Part shown: positions 38,155 through 49,000 of the stretch, in pieces | How the letters are laid out: the number at the start of each line of letters is the position of its first letter | Position numbering within the stretch: position 1 is the stretch's first letter | The notes under the pieces: model-generated | Told to the model about the DNA's origin: nothing | Database searches by the model: none | What the model saw: the letters and a program-made list of their open reading frames with translations, nothing else | Source: an uncultured archaeon | GTDB lineage: Archaea > Thermoplasmatota > Penumbrarchaeia > JASLWR01 | NCBI GenBank assembly: GCA_964430885.1 | Contig: CAYSHM010000005.1 | Span: forward strand, 87,068 to 151,067 | DNA: 64,000 nucleotides | Reading direction: 5' to 3' | Made by a program: the position numbers and the translations under genes

Positions 38155-39003
38155 ATGTACAGCATCACACCTATTCTGAAGAGCTACTTGGAAGAAGATA
38201 TTCGCACCGGTGACATTACTGGAAATCTCATTCCGAAAAATATTACTGCTGAAGCAAGTATTTTTGCAAGAGAGGGAGGAATGATTGCGGGAATTAATGT
38301 TATTGAGCAGCTGTTCAGTCTTCTGGAATGCAGATTGGTCACAAAGGTCCATGACGGGGATGCAGTTGATAAAGATCAATTGATCGGCAGAGTCAGCGGA
38401 AGCTGTACTGATATATTGAAGGGGGAAAGGGTCGCGCTGAATATATTAGGCAGGATGAGCGGTATCGCCACCTTAACTGGCAGATTTGTGAAAAAAGTAA
38501 CGGAAATCAGCCCTCGTACCCGGATAGCTGCTACAAGAAAGACGACGCCGGGATTCAGGATTTTTGAAAAAATGGCTGTAAACATCGGCGGAGGGGACAC
38601 ACATAGATTTGCACTGGACGATATGGTTCTGATAAAGGAAAACCATATCCGACTGGCAGGAGGTATTGAAAGCATAATGTCCACTGTCAGGCAGAGGATT
38701 TCCTTTTCCAAGAAGATTGATATCGAAGTGGAGAGCATATCTGAATTCAAGACCGCCCTTGAATATGATCCCGACATAATACTGTTGGATAACATGAAGC
38801 CTGATGAATGCAAAGCATGCAGACAGATGCTTCAGAAGAAGCAGAGTTCAGGCGGAATCAAAACTCTTTTGGAGGTGTCGGGAAATATTGATTTGGATAA
38901 TGTGGCGGATTACGCAGTCTTTGCAGATATTATATCCATTGGATCCCTTACTCATTCATACAGGATACTGGACCTATCCATGCTGATGGAGGACCTGAAA
39001 TAG
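38155..39003 (+). CDS. nadC: Quinolinate phosphoribosyltransferase
   Basis: EDIRTGDIT, ERVALN, MSGIAT, ATRKTTPG, THRFALDDMVLIKENH, ILLDNM, ISIGSLTHS. Confidence 0.95.
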   Translation: MYSITPILKSYLEEDIRTGDITGNLIPKNITAEASIFAREGGMIAGINVIEQLFSLLECRLVTKVHDGDAVDKDQLIGRVSGSCTDILKGERVALNILGRMSGIATLTGRFVKKVTEISPRTRIAATRKTTPGFRIFEKMAVNIGGGDTHRFALDDMVLIKENHIRLAGGIESIMSTVRQRISFSKKIDIEVESISEFKTALEYDPDIILLDNMKPDECKACRQMLQKKQSSGGIKTLLEVSGNIDLDNVADYAVFADIISIGSLTHSYRILDLSMLMEDLK

Positions 39004-39026
39004 ATCTAATTGATAATGTGGTTTAG

Positions 39027-39560
39027 ATGACGTTTACATTTCAGCTTATGCAGTTTGCATTCGGATTATTATTAATCATGATACCCTTTGGATTGGTCAT
39101 GTTCTTTCTTAGAAAAGCCAGATCAAAAATCAGGGTAGCATCAGCGTTATTGATATCTATTCTGTTCTTCATTTCGGGAATTGGATTATTTCACGGCTTA
39201 TACCCTGAAATTGTCATGGGAGATAATATCAAGGATAACAATGGTAATCTGATTAGGGGATATTATTATAACCGAACTGCTTTCGAAAAGGAAAAGAAGT
39301 ATGATGAAATCGATAAGGAAACCCGGTTGGCCTGGGACAATGTTTTTGAGACCAGTAATCCCCTGTACCATGAATTTTATAAGGATTATCGAGTACTACA
39401 AGAAGATAGATTTATCAGCTCAATTATAGGTTTAGGGACCGGATTCATCTTCACCGTGGGATATATTGCAATTCTGGGAATCAGCCATAGAAGAAAAGGA
39501 TTTTCAGAGCAGAGGATAAGCTATCGAGGTGGCATAGACCTTCTAGACGATGACATGTGA
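39027..39560 (+). CDS. Hypothetical membrane protein (3 TM)
   Basis: Two N-terminal hydrophobic segments and one C-terminal segment; fills the gap between flanking genes. Confidence 0.55.
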   Translation: MTFTFQLMQFAFGLLLIMIPFGLVMFFLRKARSKIRVASALLISILFFISGIGLFHGLYPEIVMGDNIKDNNGNLIRGYYYNRTAFEKEKKYDEIDKETRLAWDNVFETSNPLYHEFYKDYRVLQEDRFISSIIGLGTGFIFTVGYIAILGISHRRKGFSEQRISYRGGIDLLDDDM

Positions 39561-39588
39561 CAGGGAAGTTTTAATTGTAAATAATTGA

Positions 39589-41184
39589 TCAGAATATCAA
39601 TTCCTTCTCCTTCATCATATGGGCAATGATCTTCTGGCTCCCCAGCTTCTCGGGCCAGATATAATAATCTATAAGGTTCTCAGTTTCCAGTCTTTTCAAA
39701 AGATCGAATGTGTGGACCTTGACAATCACGTAACTCTCAGGATTCAATTCCTTGACAATCTTTACCGAAAGATACAGCTCATGTTCATCAGGGATGGTCA
39801 CAATTACCGCTTTGGCATGTTTCACATCGGCACATTCCAGAACATCGGATTCAACACCGTTGCCCAGGTAGGCCTTTATTCCATGCCGGCAAAGATAATC
39901 CACCTTGGACATATCCCTATCGATTACAGCAATATCCCTGTTGAAATGGTCTAGTACATGGGTCAGTTTGGCTGATGTCCTTCCGTAACCTATAATAACA
40001 GTGTGGTCAAAGAGTATAGCCCTTTCTTTTCTTTCAAAGTGGAAAGACCTAACAAGTATAGGTGCACCAATAGCGGTGATAATTGTGAGCATGATTATGC
40101 TGTTAAAAAGGTCTTCCCCGATTATTCCGTTATCAAAACCCAAAGTAGCGGTAGCAATAGCTGCGCTTACCTTGGGCAGCAGGAGGGCGCCGATGACCAA
40201 TCCATCCTTGGAAACGAACTTGTTGGTAGTACCTGAAAATAAAATCGCTCCAACCAATCTCGCAAGTATCAGCACTACTAACAGCATTATGGTAATAAGA
40301 ATAACCTCATAACCTCCCTTGTAGAAGACAGATATGTCCATCTTTATTCCCAGTATGATGAAGAACATGGGTATGAAGAACCCATGGGCCACACCCTGCA
40401 ATTTATGATACACCTGCTCATTCGGAATATGCTGACCTACACTCATTCCCACAAGAAAGGCTATCAGTATGCCATGTATTCCCAAGAGTTCCCCGAGGGC
40501 TATAATGGTCAGTAAAGTGAATACCATGAATTTGAAATCCGCTTCCCTCTGTTTCTGGGTTTCTCTGGTAAAAAAAAGCGATGCTAGTTTTGGAAGCAGT
40601 ATTAAAATGAACAAGATTATTAAGGGAGTTGCGATAAGGAATATTACGAATCCGAACATACCTTTTTCCCACTGAATCAGACAGGAGACAAAGAATAGGG
40701 TTATAGCATCCAGTATTACTATAGCGGGTATTAGAAAACTGGCAAAACGTTCCCTTAGGTAAAGGGATGATTTTATCATGGGGATAATCTCCCCTACTGA
40801 AGCGGATAGCATCACCGTGCCAACAAGTAACGAAGGGAGCAGACCGTAACCCAAGGTAAACATAAGGAAAAATCCCAAGGAAAAGGAACATAGGGAGGAA
40901 ATTACTGAAAGAGACATGGAGCGCCTAAAACTCAAGTTCGGATACTCGTGTATCTCCATCCCTGCCTCAAAAACAAGAAAATAAATACCAATATTGGCCA
41001 AGAAAGTCAGGAATGTTTGGTCAGGTTCTATTCCTAAAAAGGTAGGACCCAGTATTATCCCACCTACGATGTATGCTGGGACAATCATTATCTTGGCTTT
41101 GCGGATAACTTCAGGCACCAGAAAGGAAACCGCTATCAGTATAGCGAAAATAAAGATAGGAAAGAAAGTACCTTCTGCCACCAT
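39589..41184 (-). CDS. Cation:proton antiporter (CPA2/Kef type) with C-terminal TrkA-N (RCK) domain
   Basis: Polytopic N-terminal part (IVGGIILGP, GFFIPMFFIILG); C-terminal HTVIIGYGRT Rossmann motif. Confidence 0.88.
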   Translation of the reverse strand: MVAEGTFFPIFIFAILIAVSFLVPEVIRKAKIMIVPAYIVGGIILGPTFLGIEPDQTFLTFLANIGIYFLVFEAGMEIHEYPNLSFRRSMSLSVISSLCSFSLGFFLMFTLGYGLLPSLLVGTVMLSASVGEIIPMIKSSLYLRERFASFLIPAIVILDAITLFFVSCLIQWEKGMFGFVIFLIATPLIILFILILLPKLASLFFTRETQKQREADFKFMVFTLLTIIALGELLGIHGILIAFLVGMSVGQHIPNEQVYHKLQGVAHGFFIPMFFIILGIKMDISVFYKGGYEVILITIMLLVVLILARLVGAILFSGTTNKFVSKDGLVIGALLLPKVSAAIATATLGFDNGIIGEDLFNSIIMLTIITAIGAPILVRSFHFERKERAILFDHTVIIGYGRTSAKLTHVLDHFNRDIAVIDRDMSKVDYLCRHGIKAYLGNGVESDVLECADVKHAKAVIVTIPDEHELYLSVKIVKELNPESYVIVKVHTFDLLKRLETENLIDYYIWPEKLGSQKIIAHMMKEKELIF

Positions 41185-41429
41185 TTTATTACCCGTACTT
41201 TCATTTCAATAGATTCCTAAACATTTACCAAATGACAAAAAGATTATCGATTTTCATACCTGATCAAGTTATATTATACATCCTATTGTCTAATTACATT
41301 CTTTCATTATGGAGTGAAATCAGAAACATATAGACATTGATGCTTATATAATAATATGTTCAAATTGTATCTTTTTCACGATTTGTGGAGATAGGTTATA
41401 AAAAAGAATGACTCCAAAGCTAATAATTG

Positions 41430-42701
41430 CTATTCAGTATAGAGACCTAGTACTCTTGCAACCATCTGTTTTGATGAGAAATGGCCATTAATTCTTTTGA
41501 GGGAATTTTTTGATAATGTATCAAATACTTCCGACTCATCAAAGGCCTTGGTCAATAAGCGGCAAACTTCTTCAGCAAAAGGTTCAATCGGAATTTTCTT
41601 CAACTTCGAATTCGGCAGCTTCATGCTGCGGTATATGTTATTGAATTTCAATAGATAACCATTACATCCATTAATGACAAGTTCAGGATTCCCGCCCAGA
41701 TCGCTGGTCATCAAAGGCTTCCCCATTGCCATGGCTTCCAATATGGCCATTGAACAATTTTCAGGCCAAAGTGAGGGGACTAGGATCAAGCTGGCATCCC
41801 TTTGAAGCTCTTTCAATCGTTCCTCGGATACGAAACCAAGATAATTTATTTCCTTATGCTTAACTGAGTATTCCCTAACCAACTTTTCCTGCGGACCTTT
41901 CCCGGTAATGAACAATTTGATATTCTCCCTTCCGTCGGCATCAATATTTAATAGGAATTTCTCGAAACCTTTCAACAGTACATCAATTCCTTTTTCTGGA
42001 TATAAACGTCCTGTGAACAGAAGCCAAAATTTGTTATTCTTTCGAATTTGTGACTGAATGGTTTTTGGAGATGAATTAGTCGGGACTCCATTATAGATGA
42101 GTGATACCTGGCCTATTTGATTTCCTTCCATTATTGCCTTCATGAACCTTGAAGGAGCGATGTAATTGACCCTATCAAGATATTCGGCCCAATGTTTCTT
42201 CTTTATTTTGTGATAAATATATTTACTGGTTCCCTGACATTTTAAGAGATCACAGCTGATCATATTGCACATATCTTCACTGTTGTTTAAACAGATGGAT
42301 CGGTTATTCCGTCGATAGATAATGGTCTTGGGACATATGACATGATAATCATGAAGGGTCATGAAACTGGGCAAACCGATCCCTTTGATCTTTTTAAAGA
42401 AATAAGGGCTGATCCCTGAAAAGACATTATGGGCATGTATTACATCAATTTGTCTATCCTTGATAAGCTCCATGATCTCCCTGGCTGCACCTCGGTTCTT
42501 TATCCTATGCATGGGTGATGGTTTAGTCTTCGATAAAACTGTATTTGATATAGGTAATATATGTCCGGCGATGGGGTCGGACATTATGGAAAATAGATGT
42601 ATTTCATGACCCATTCTCTTCATCTCTTCATAAAGAACCTTGATGTGGGTCTCTGCACCTCCGACCAGCGTGGAATTATCATTAACGAACAGTATCTTCA
42701 A
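41430..42701 (-). CDS. Glycosyltransferase family 4
   Basis: MKILFVN..GGAE, DVIHAHN, TLHDY, GRLYPEKG, PSLWPENCSMAILEAMAMGKP. Confidence 0.92.
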   Translation of the reverse strand: MKILFVNDNSTLVGGAETHIKVLYEEMKRMGHEIHLFSIMSDPIAGHILPISNTVLSKTKPSPMHRIKNRGAAREIMELIKDRQIDVIHAHNVFSGISPYFFKKIKGIGLPSFMTLHDYHVICPKTIIYRRNNRSICLNNSEDMCNMISCDLLKCQGTSKYIYHKIKKKHWAEYLDRVNYIAPSRFMKAIMEGNQIGQVSLIYNGVPTNSSPKTIQSQIRKNNKFWLLFTGRLYPEKGIDVLLKGFEKFLLNIDADGRENIKLFITGKGPQEKLVREYSVKHKEINYLGFVSEERLKELQRDASLILVPSLWPENCSMAILEAMAMGKPLMTSDLGGNPELVINGCNGYLLKFNNIYRSMKLPNSKLKKIPIEPFAEEVCRLLTKAFDESEVFDTLSKNSLKRINGHFSSKQMVARVLGLYTE

Positions 42702-42878
42702 TATGGAACACCCTATACTTCATCATTCAGGAACATCATATTTACCTGTGGCTTAAGGATTATCCCCATTGCAAATCTATAATAATAAATTTTACATCAC
42801 CAGGGTTAAGGTTTTATATGTAGGATGAATTATATGAAAACGAAAGCCTATTGGCTTTTATGAATCAGAGGTGAAAGG

Positions 42879-43517
42879 ATGGGAGAAGTAGGTTCCGTTG
42901 AATGTCCAAGCTGTTCAGCTCCTGTGGAAAGAGTAGCGGGTGTCAGGACGGTTACATGTCCATACTGCAGAACAGCGATTGTATCTGAGAAGCATAGAAA
43001 GGAATTTCAAGCAGAAGAAATCATTCAGAAGACACAGATAACCTACGGACCGGATGACAGAGGGCCATTGGGCATCGACACTGCTGGATTCTACGAGAAC
43101 AGCTCTTTCATCATCAGGGGTACAATAGAATACAGGGACAGCGACGGTTGGACCTGGCAGGAATATTTTATAAAATTTGCAGACGGTAGGACCGCTTGGC
43201 TGGAATATGATGATGGCGATTATTGGATGAACTTCGAGATAGAAAGAGAGTTCAAAAAGGGAATGTTCGGCTACAAGGTAGGTGATGAGAAAATCAAGGT
43301 GAAGGAAAAAGGGAAGGTCAAGATAAATTATCAGAACGGACACCTGCCTTTCAGCTACCCTCCAAATACGACTATAAATTATATTGATGCAAAATCGACA
43401 AAGGATCCCCGTAAGAGATATTCAATAGAATATACAAAAAATGAGACTGAGGTCTATGAAGGGTACAAGGTAAGGGTTGAAAAAACAGAGAACCACATCG
43501 AAGTTATAAGAATGTAA
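42879..43517 (+). CDS. DUF4178 domain protein with N-terminal zinc ribbon
   Basis: CPSCSAP...TCPYC; GTIEY..DGWTWQEYFIKFADGRTAWLEYDDG; RBS gaggtga. Confidence 0.75.
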   Translation: MGEVGSVECPSCSAPVERVAGVRTVTCPYCRTAIVSEKHRKEFQAEEIIQKTQITYGPDDRGPLGIDTAGFYENSSFIIRGTIEYRDSDGWTWQEYFIKFADGRTAWLEYDDGDYWMNFEIEREFKKGMFGYKVGDEKIKVKEKGKVKINYQNGHLPFSYPPNTTINYIDAKSTKDPRKRYSIEYTKNETEVYEGYKVRVEKTENHIEVIRM

Positions 43518-43532
43518 ATGGCCATATTCGAA

Positions 43533-43799
43533 TCAATCAGACCTATCACTGCTCATATCGATGATACGTTCAGAAAGACTCAGGCAGGCCAGAAGGTCAT
43601 CCAAGGTATTTTTCAATCTGCCGATCTCTGAAAAAGAGCACTTGAATATTATCCTGGAACCAACTCTCTCAACTGACACATATCCTTCGTTATCTGCATC
43701 GACAGAATCCAAAATGCTAACTGCTTCTTTGGGATCTTTACAGAGGATACTGACCTCAGCAATGAATGATTTTTTCTCATTTGTCCGGTCCATGGGCAA
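43533..43799 (-). CDS. pcc1: KEOPS complex subunit Pcc1
   Basis: About 88 aa; ILDSVDADN..YV...G..I and LKNTLDDLLACLSLSE match the Pcc1 pattern. Confidence 0.8.
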   Translation of the reverse strand: MPMDRTNEKKSFIAEVSILCKDPKEAVSILDSVDADNEGYVSVERVGSRIIFKCSFSEIGRLKNTLDDLLACLSLSERIIDMSSDRSD

Positions 43800-44057
43800 C
43801 TACCCCCTTTACTGTAAAAATAAGACGATAAGTTGCAACCAATAAATAAACCCGTCCATTTGAACCAAAATTGATAATAATAATATTGTCCTTATCCCGA
43901 AATTATTATCCGGCAGGATGCTGACGGTGTATTTGAAAAGCTGACATGTATGCCGGACTAAAAACGCTTTCGATCTGCCCAATAAATCTGCAGATGGAGG
44001 TGAGACTTGATTTACATGAAGTTTTAGGTCTAAAAAACTATAGGAAACGGGATAGAA

Positions 44058-44612
44058 ATGGGGGAAAAAGATAAACAATTAGCAAATTATAACAAAATGT
44101 CTAAAAAGGAACTCATCAAAGCATTGAGCGATAAGGATCAAATAATTGATGATTTCAAATGCAAATTTGAAGAGCAGTGCGGATTAACTGAATCCAGCCT
44201 GCAGCAGAATGTCCGATTCCAGGCGGATCTCATTAACCTGAGGAAAAGACACCAGAAAGACAGGCAGAACCTTATGAGCAGTGTACGTGAGGACATACTT
44301 ACGGAACTTATCCATATCAAAACAAACATTGATCGGGCCTTCTCCCAGATAGATAGCGCTAAGGATATGGAAGGGATCAAAAAGGGCATCAAGATGGTAT
44401 CTATGCTGATGGAGATGTTTCTGAAAAATCAGGGAATGGAGGATATATCTCTGAAGGACATTCCCTTTGACCCCAACATGCATGATGCCGTTCTCACTAT
44501 TGAAGATGATGTAAAGGAGGACATGGTGGTGGAAGTAATTGAAAAGGGCTACAGGATGGGCGATAAGGTGATTATACCCATGAAAGCCAAGGTAGCAGTT
44601 CCTAAAGAATAG
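44058..44612 (+). CDS. grpE: Nucleotide exchange factor GrpE
   Basis: N-terminal coiled coil, QADLINLRKR, PFDPNMHDAV, VVEVIEKGYRMGDKVI. Confidence 0.92.
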   Translation: MGEKDKQLANYNKMSKKELIKALSDKDQIIDDFKCKFEEQCGLTESSLQQNVRFQADLINLRKRHQKDRQNLMSSVREDILTELIHIKTNIDRAFSQIDSAKDMEGIKKGIKMVSMLMEMFLKNQGMEDISLKDIPFDPNMHDAVLTIEDDVKEDMVVEVIEKGYRMGDKVIIPMKAKVAVPKE

Positions 44613-44677
44613 ACTAAAATAGCTTCAGTGGTTATAGAATACACCAGTAAAATATTACAACAAATTGGGATGAGCAG

Positions 44678-45844
44678 ATGGCAAGCAAGGATTACTATGA
44701 AATTCTGGGTGTGGAGAGAAATGCCACAGAGAAAGATATCACCCGGGCATATAGAAAGCTTGCAATGAAATATCATCCTGACCGAAACCCTGATGATAAC
44801 GGAGCTATTGAAAAGTTCAAGGAAGCTACCGAAGCCTATGAGGTTCTATCTGACTCGCAGAAAAAGAACCAGTATGATCAGTATGGGCATGTTAACGGTT
44901 TTGACATGGGCGGAGGTATGAGGATGGACAGTGCAATGGATATTTTTGAGCATCTGTTCAAGAATATGGGTTTCGGAGGGCCTTTTGGCGATATCGGAGG
45001 GAGGGCCGGAAATGATTTTTTTTCCGGATTCAGGACTGGAGGAAGTTCCCGTTCCCGGAGATCCGGCAGGATAGATGGAGAAGACGTCCGATTCGACATA
45101 GAAATTGACATATTTCAGGCTGCGGCAGGATATAAGAAGACCATAGAAGTGAAAACCCTTGGTCAATGTCTGGACTGCGAAGGTACCGGTCTTGGAGCTG
45201 AAGGTGAGATGGTGATCTGCCCCGACTGCGGAGGCACAGGCGAGATAAAAGAGGTCAAAAGAGCCGGATTCGCACAGATCGTCAATATCCAGGCCTGTCC
45301 TGAATGCAAGGGGGCGGGAGAGACCATTGAGGGCGAATGTGATAAGTGTAACGGACGCGGAAGAAAGCCCCAGAAAAGGAAGATAGCTATTGATATCCCG
45401 CCAGGTGTATCCGACAGCTCCAGCCTTCTATTGAAAGGGAAAGGGAATGCAGGTATAAAAGGAGGTTTTAATGGAGACCTATATGTAATGGTGAACATAC
45501 CTGAACATGAATTCTTCAAAAGAAGGGGAGACGACATACTTGCTGAACTCCCTATAACCATAGGTCAAGCCCTGCTTGGCGATACTATAAATGTCCCCAC
45601 ACTTCACGGTGAAAAGAAGGTCAAGATCAAACCTGGTACTGAACCGGATGAGATAATAAGCCTGAAGAACATGGGTATGCCTCATTTGAACAGGAAGGGA
45701 AACGGTGACATGTTCATCAGGATCTTCTTTGTTATGCCTGATAAATTAACACGTCAGCAGAAGAAACTGGCTAAACAATGGTGGGAATCCGAAAAAAAGG
45801 ATCGGGGCGCTATCCATAAGGTGCTTAAGGATAAATCCGAATAA
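44678..45844 (+). CDS. dnaJ: Chaperone DnaJ (class A)
   Basis: J domain with HPD, G/F-rich region, four CxxCxGxG motifs and a C-terminal domain. Confidence 0.96.
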   Translation: MASKDYYEILGVERNATEKDITRAYRKLAMKYHPDRNPDDNGAIEKFKEATEAYEVLSDSQKKNQYDQYGHVNGFDMGGGMRMDSAMDIFEHLFKNMGFGGPFGDIGGRAGNDFFSGFRTGGSSRSRRSGRIDGEDVRFDIEIDIFQAAAGYKKTIEVKTLGQCLDCEGTGLGAEGEMVICPDCGGTGEIKEVKRAGFAQIVNIQACPECKGAGETIEGECDKCNGRGRKPQKRKIAIDIPPGVSDSSSLLLKGKGNAGIKGGFNGDLYVMVNIPEHEFFKRRGDDILAELPITIGQALLGDTINVPTLHGEKKVKIKPGTEPDEIISLKNMGMPHLNRKGNGDMFIRIFFVMPDKLTRQQKKLAKQWWESEKKDRGAIHKVLKDKSE

Positions 45845-46046
45845 TAAAATTAAATTCACTTAATTTATTTTTTTTATTATATTATTAATAATCATATCCA
45901 CCAATCATTTTTTATTAAAATAGTAAAAAAATTAAATAGCAATTTTTCGATTGGATGCATAAAGTTTATTAAACTTAAATATCATATCAAAAGCTGAATT
46001 TATCTAGTATTTTACCTATAATAAATGAATATATTCGGGTGATTAT

Positions 46047-49000
46047 GTGGATCGGAAATGGTTAACAATTACAATAACTACCATAATTTTCCTTCTTCTG
46101 GGTTCAAATCTCGGAGGTATAAGGACTGATAATGGCACGGAAAAAAAAAATATTGAAATTTTGAACTCATCTTTACAAATTTCTAATGCCTTTTCTGAAG
46201 GACAAGATAAATCAGATCAAATGTACCGAGATGCACCTGGTGACAATTACGGGGGAGAATGGTTTCAAACTGATGAAGCTGATTTTGATTCAGGAATATT
46301 TAATGGAATATCCTTCAATGACAGCAAAGGCAATTCCAGATTGGAATTGGAACAAAATTCTAGCAAATGGAAAAATATGAATCCAGCAAATCGACCTGGA
46401 GCTAGGCAGGGAACTTCAATGGTATATGACCCCATCAATGATCGGGTTGTTCTTTTCGGTGGATTCAACGGTAATTATCTTGATGATACTTGGGAATATG
46501 ACCTAGTAAACAACACTTGGATTAACATCAATCCCAATCCTGCACCGACACCTCGAAGGCAGCATTCCATGGTATATGATAGTGTCAACCGGAAAATTGT
46601 CCTATTCGGTGGGTGGAGATATCCCGATAATAAATATGATACCTGGGTGTATGATGTAGGGACAAAAATTTGGACTCCTAAAAACCCTGACCCCCATCCC
46701 GAGGGAAGAAGATCATTCTCAATGGCTTTTGATGATACTTCAGGAAAAACAGTACTTTACGGGGGTGAAAAAGGCGGAACGCGAACTGGAAACAAATTAA
46801 ATGATACCTGGACTTATGATTTGACTACAAATACTTGGTTGGAAAAGCATCCTGGAAATCCACCTGAAGGCCGTGGAGGGGCAATAGCTGCTTTTGATCC
46901 CAATAACAGTAAAACCACTATCTTTTCCGGAACTGTTGGATACGATGCCCAAGTAGGTGATCTTGTGGATGAATTGTGGACGTATGATCTAAATCAAAAC
47001 CAGTGGGCGGAGAAAATTTTGTCTTCGGGACCAATAGGTATGCACAGTCCAAGAATGATATATGATGAATGGAATGACGGAATACTGTTATTCGGCGGAT
47101 ATAATGGAACCTTTTTTGATGATACCTGGATATATAATTGCAGCAGTGAGGAATGGCTCAGAGTATTTACCGATAATGCACCCAGTGCGAGAAACTCATT
47201 CGGATTCACATACAATAACAATGCAAATCTAGGAATATTATTCGGAGGAAATAATAATAATTACTTAAGAGATACTTGGGTTTTCCGATCAGCCCAGTAT
47301 GAAACAAATGGTAATTATACTTCTGAAATTATAGATATATCATCTCACTACAAATGGAGTAAATTCAGCATCCAAAAAAAGGAGTATGATAATAATAGGA
47401 TCAATGTTTCTATTTATGATGCAGATACAGGGATGGCATTTGAAGGATTGGATGATATCACTGATGATGAGGCTGATTTAACATTATTAAATGAAATGGA
47501 CGTTTCCTCCATCTATTTGAAAGCCTTTTTTAAGGGAGACGGAAAAAATTCGCCTCTTTTGGAATCGTGGGGTGTTGATTGGAGTATTAAAGAAGGTTGG
47601 TGGGACGGTTTCATAGGGGATAGCAAGATAGATTCCATTAATAGCTCTTTACCAAAGAAATTTGTCGCCGATCAAGATACATTCGGGCTCTGGCATTTCA
47701 ATGAGGTTGATGGTGATAATGCATTTGATTCAAGCAATAATGGTAATACTATTTCCCTACAAAATACTGATGATGACATATGGCAATATGGTCGTTTTTC
47801 AAATGGGATTTGGACCGATGGAGTTAATGATTATGGCAAACTCAGTTCTAATAATTTCAAGGTTCAGCCTTTCTCAATTGGAGTTTGGATAAAAACTTTC
47901 GGTAAAGACCAGCAATTAGTTTCTTATGCAAATGCCAATAGTTACTATGGATGGAGAGTCAGGCTGACAAGTGATGGTAAGATCAGTTTTCATCTAGCTA
48001 ACAGCGTTGGAACGGCAATTGCATATGTTGAATCGCTCTCCCAAGTAAATGATGGTGAATGGCATCAACTGTTCTGTGTGGACGATGGAAATGACCTGAA
48101 AATATATATTGATGGCAAAATTGAAGGAACCTCCAGTTCCACCAATGCTGCTTGGGGATCCAATATGAGATTATATTTAGGAGCTTCAAGACCTGAAAGT
48201 CCCTTGGCCAATAAATGGTGGAAAGGTGCCATAGATGAGCTTTGGCTTATCAGCAGGGCTCTAACATACAACGATATTGTTGGTCACTATTACCCCGGTT
48301 TAACCAATTACGATTATAAAATCATTATGTTAAGGAAAGATTTCGGACCCATGATGGACTGCAGCTGCTACTGGGGATTTGATGAAGGAGTTGGCGATAC
48401 ATTAACGGATTCGACCCCTGATCAAATAAACGGGTCGTGCATAAACATGGACCAAAACAATTGGGTCCAAAGTATTCAGGATACTGGGCTATCTTTCGAT
48501 GGTACTGAAGAATATGTTGATCTCCCTGAAGGGGACAACATTTTCAATATTCAAAGGGATTTTACAATAAATACAATAATAAAACCCAACAGGTTAAATC
48601 ATCCAACAACCCAGGAAATAATTGATATTAATTACTGGAATTCGGACGCTCATATAGGTAATGGGATATCAATCCAGATTGGCGGCAATCAAAATCAGTT
48701 AACTGCCAATTTATTTCTTCAGGATGATGGAGATGGGGAACGATATGGGCTGACTTCCAACCTTGCCCTCCAAGTAGGGGAAATTTATTTTGTCACATTG
48801 AAAAGGGATAATGACATATTAAGTTTTTACTTCAATGGAATATTAGATAATTCAGTGATGATTTCATCTAATGATGTTATGTTTACGGTGAACCGTGCTG
48901 ATATCACTGGTGATTATAATACCATCGGCATGTTTCACAGACAGGACGGGAATATTTATTGGCATTTTCAAGGTATGTTAGATGAAATGTCCATCTATAA

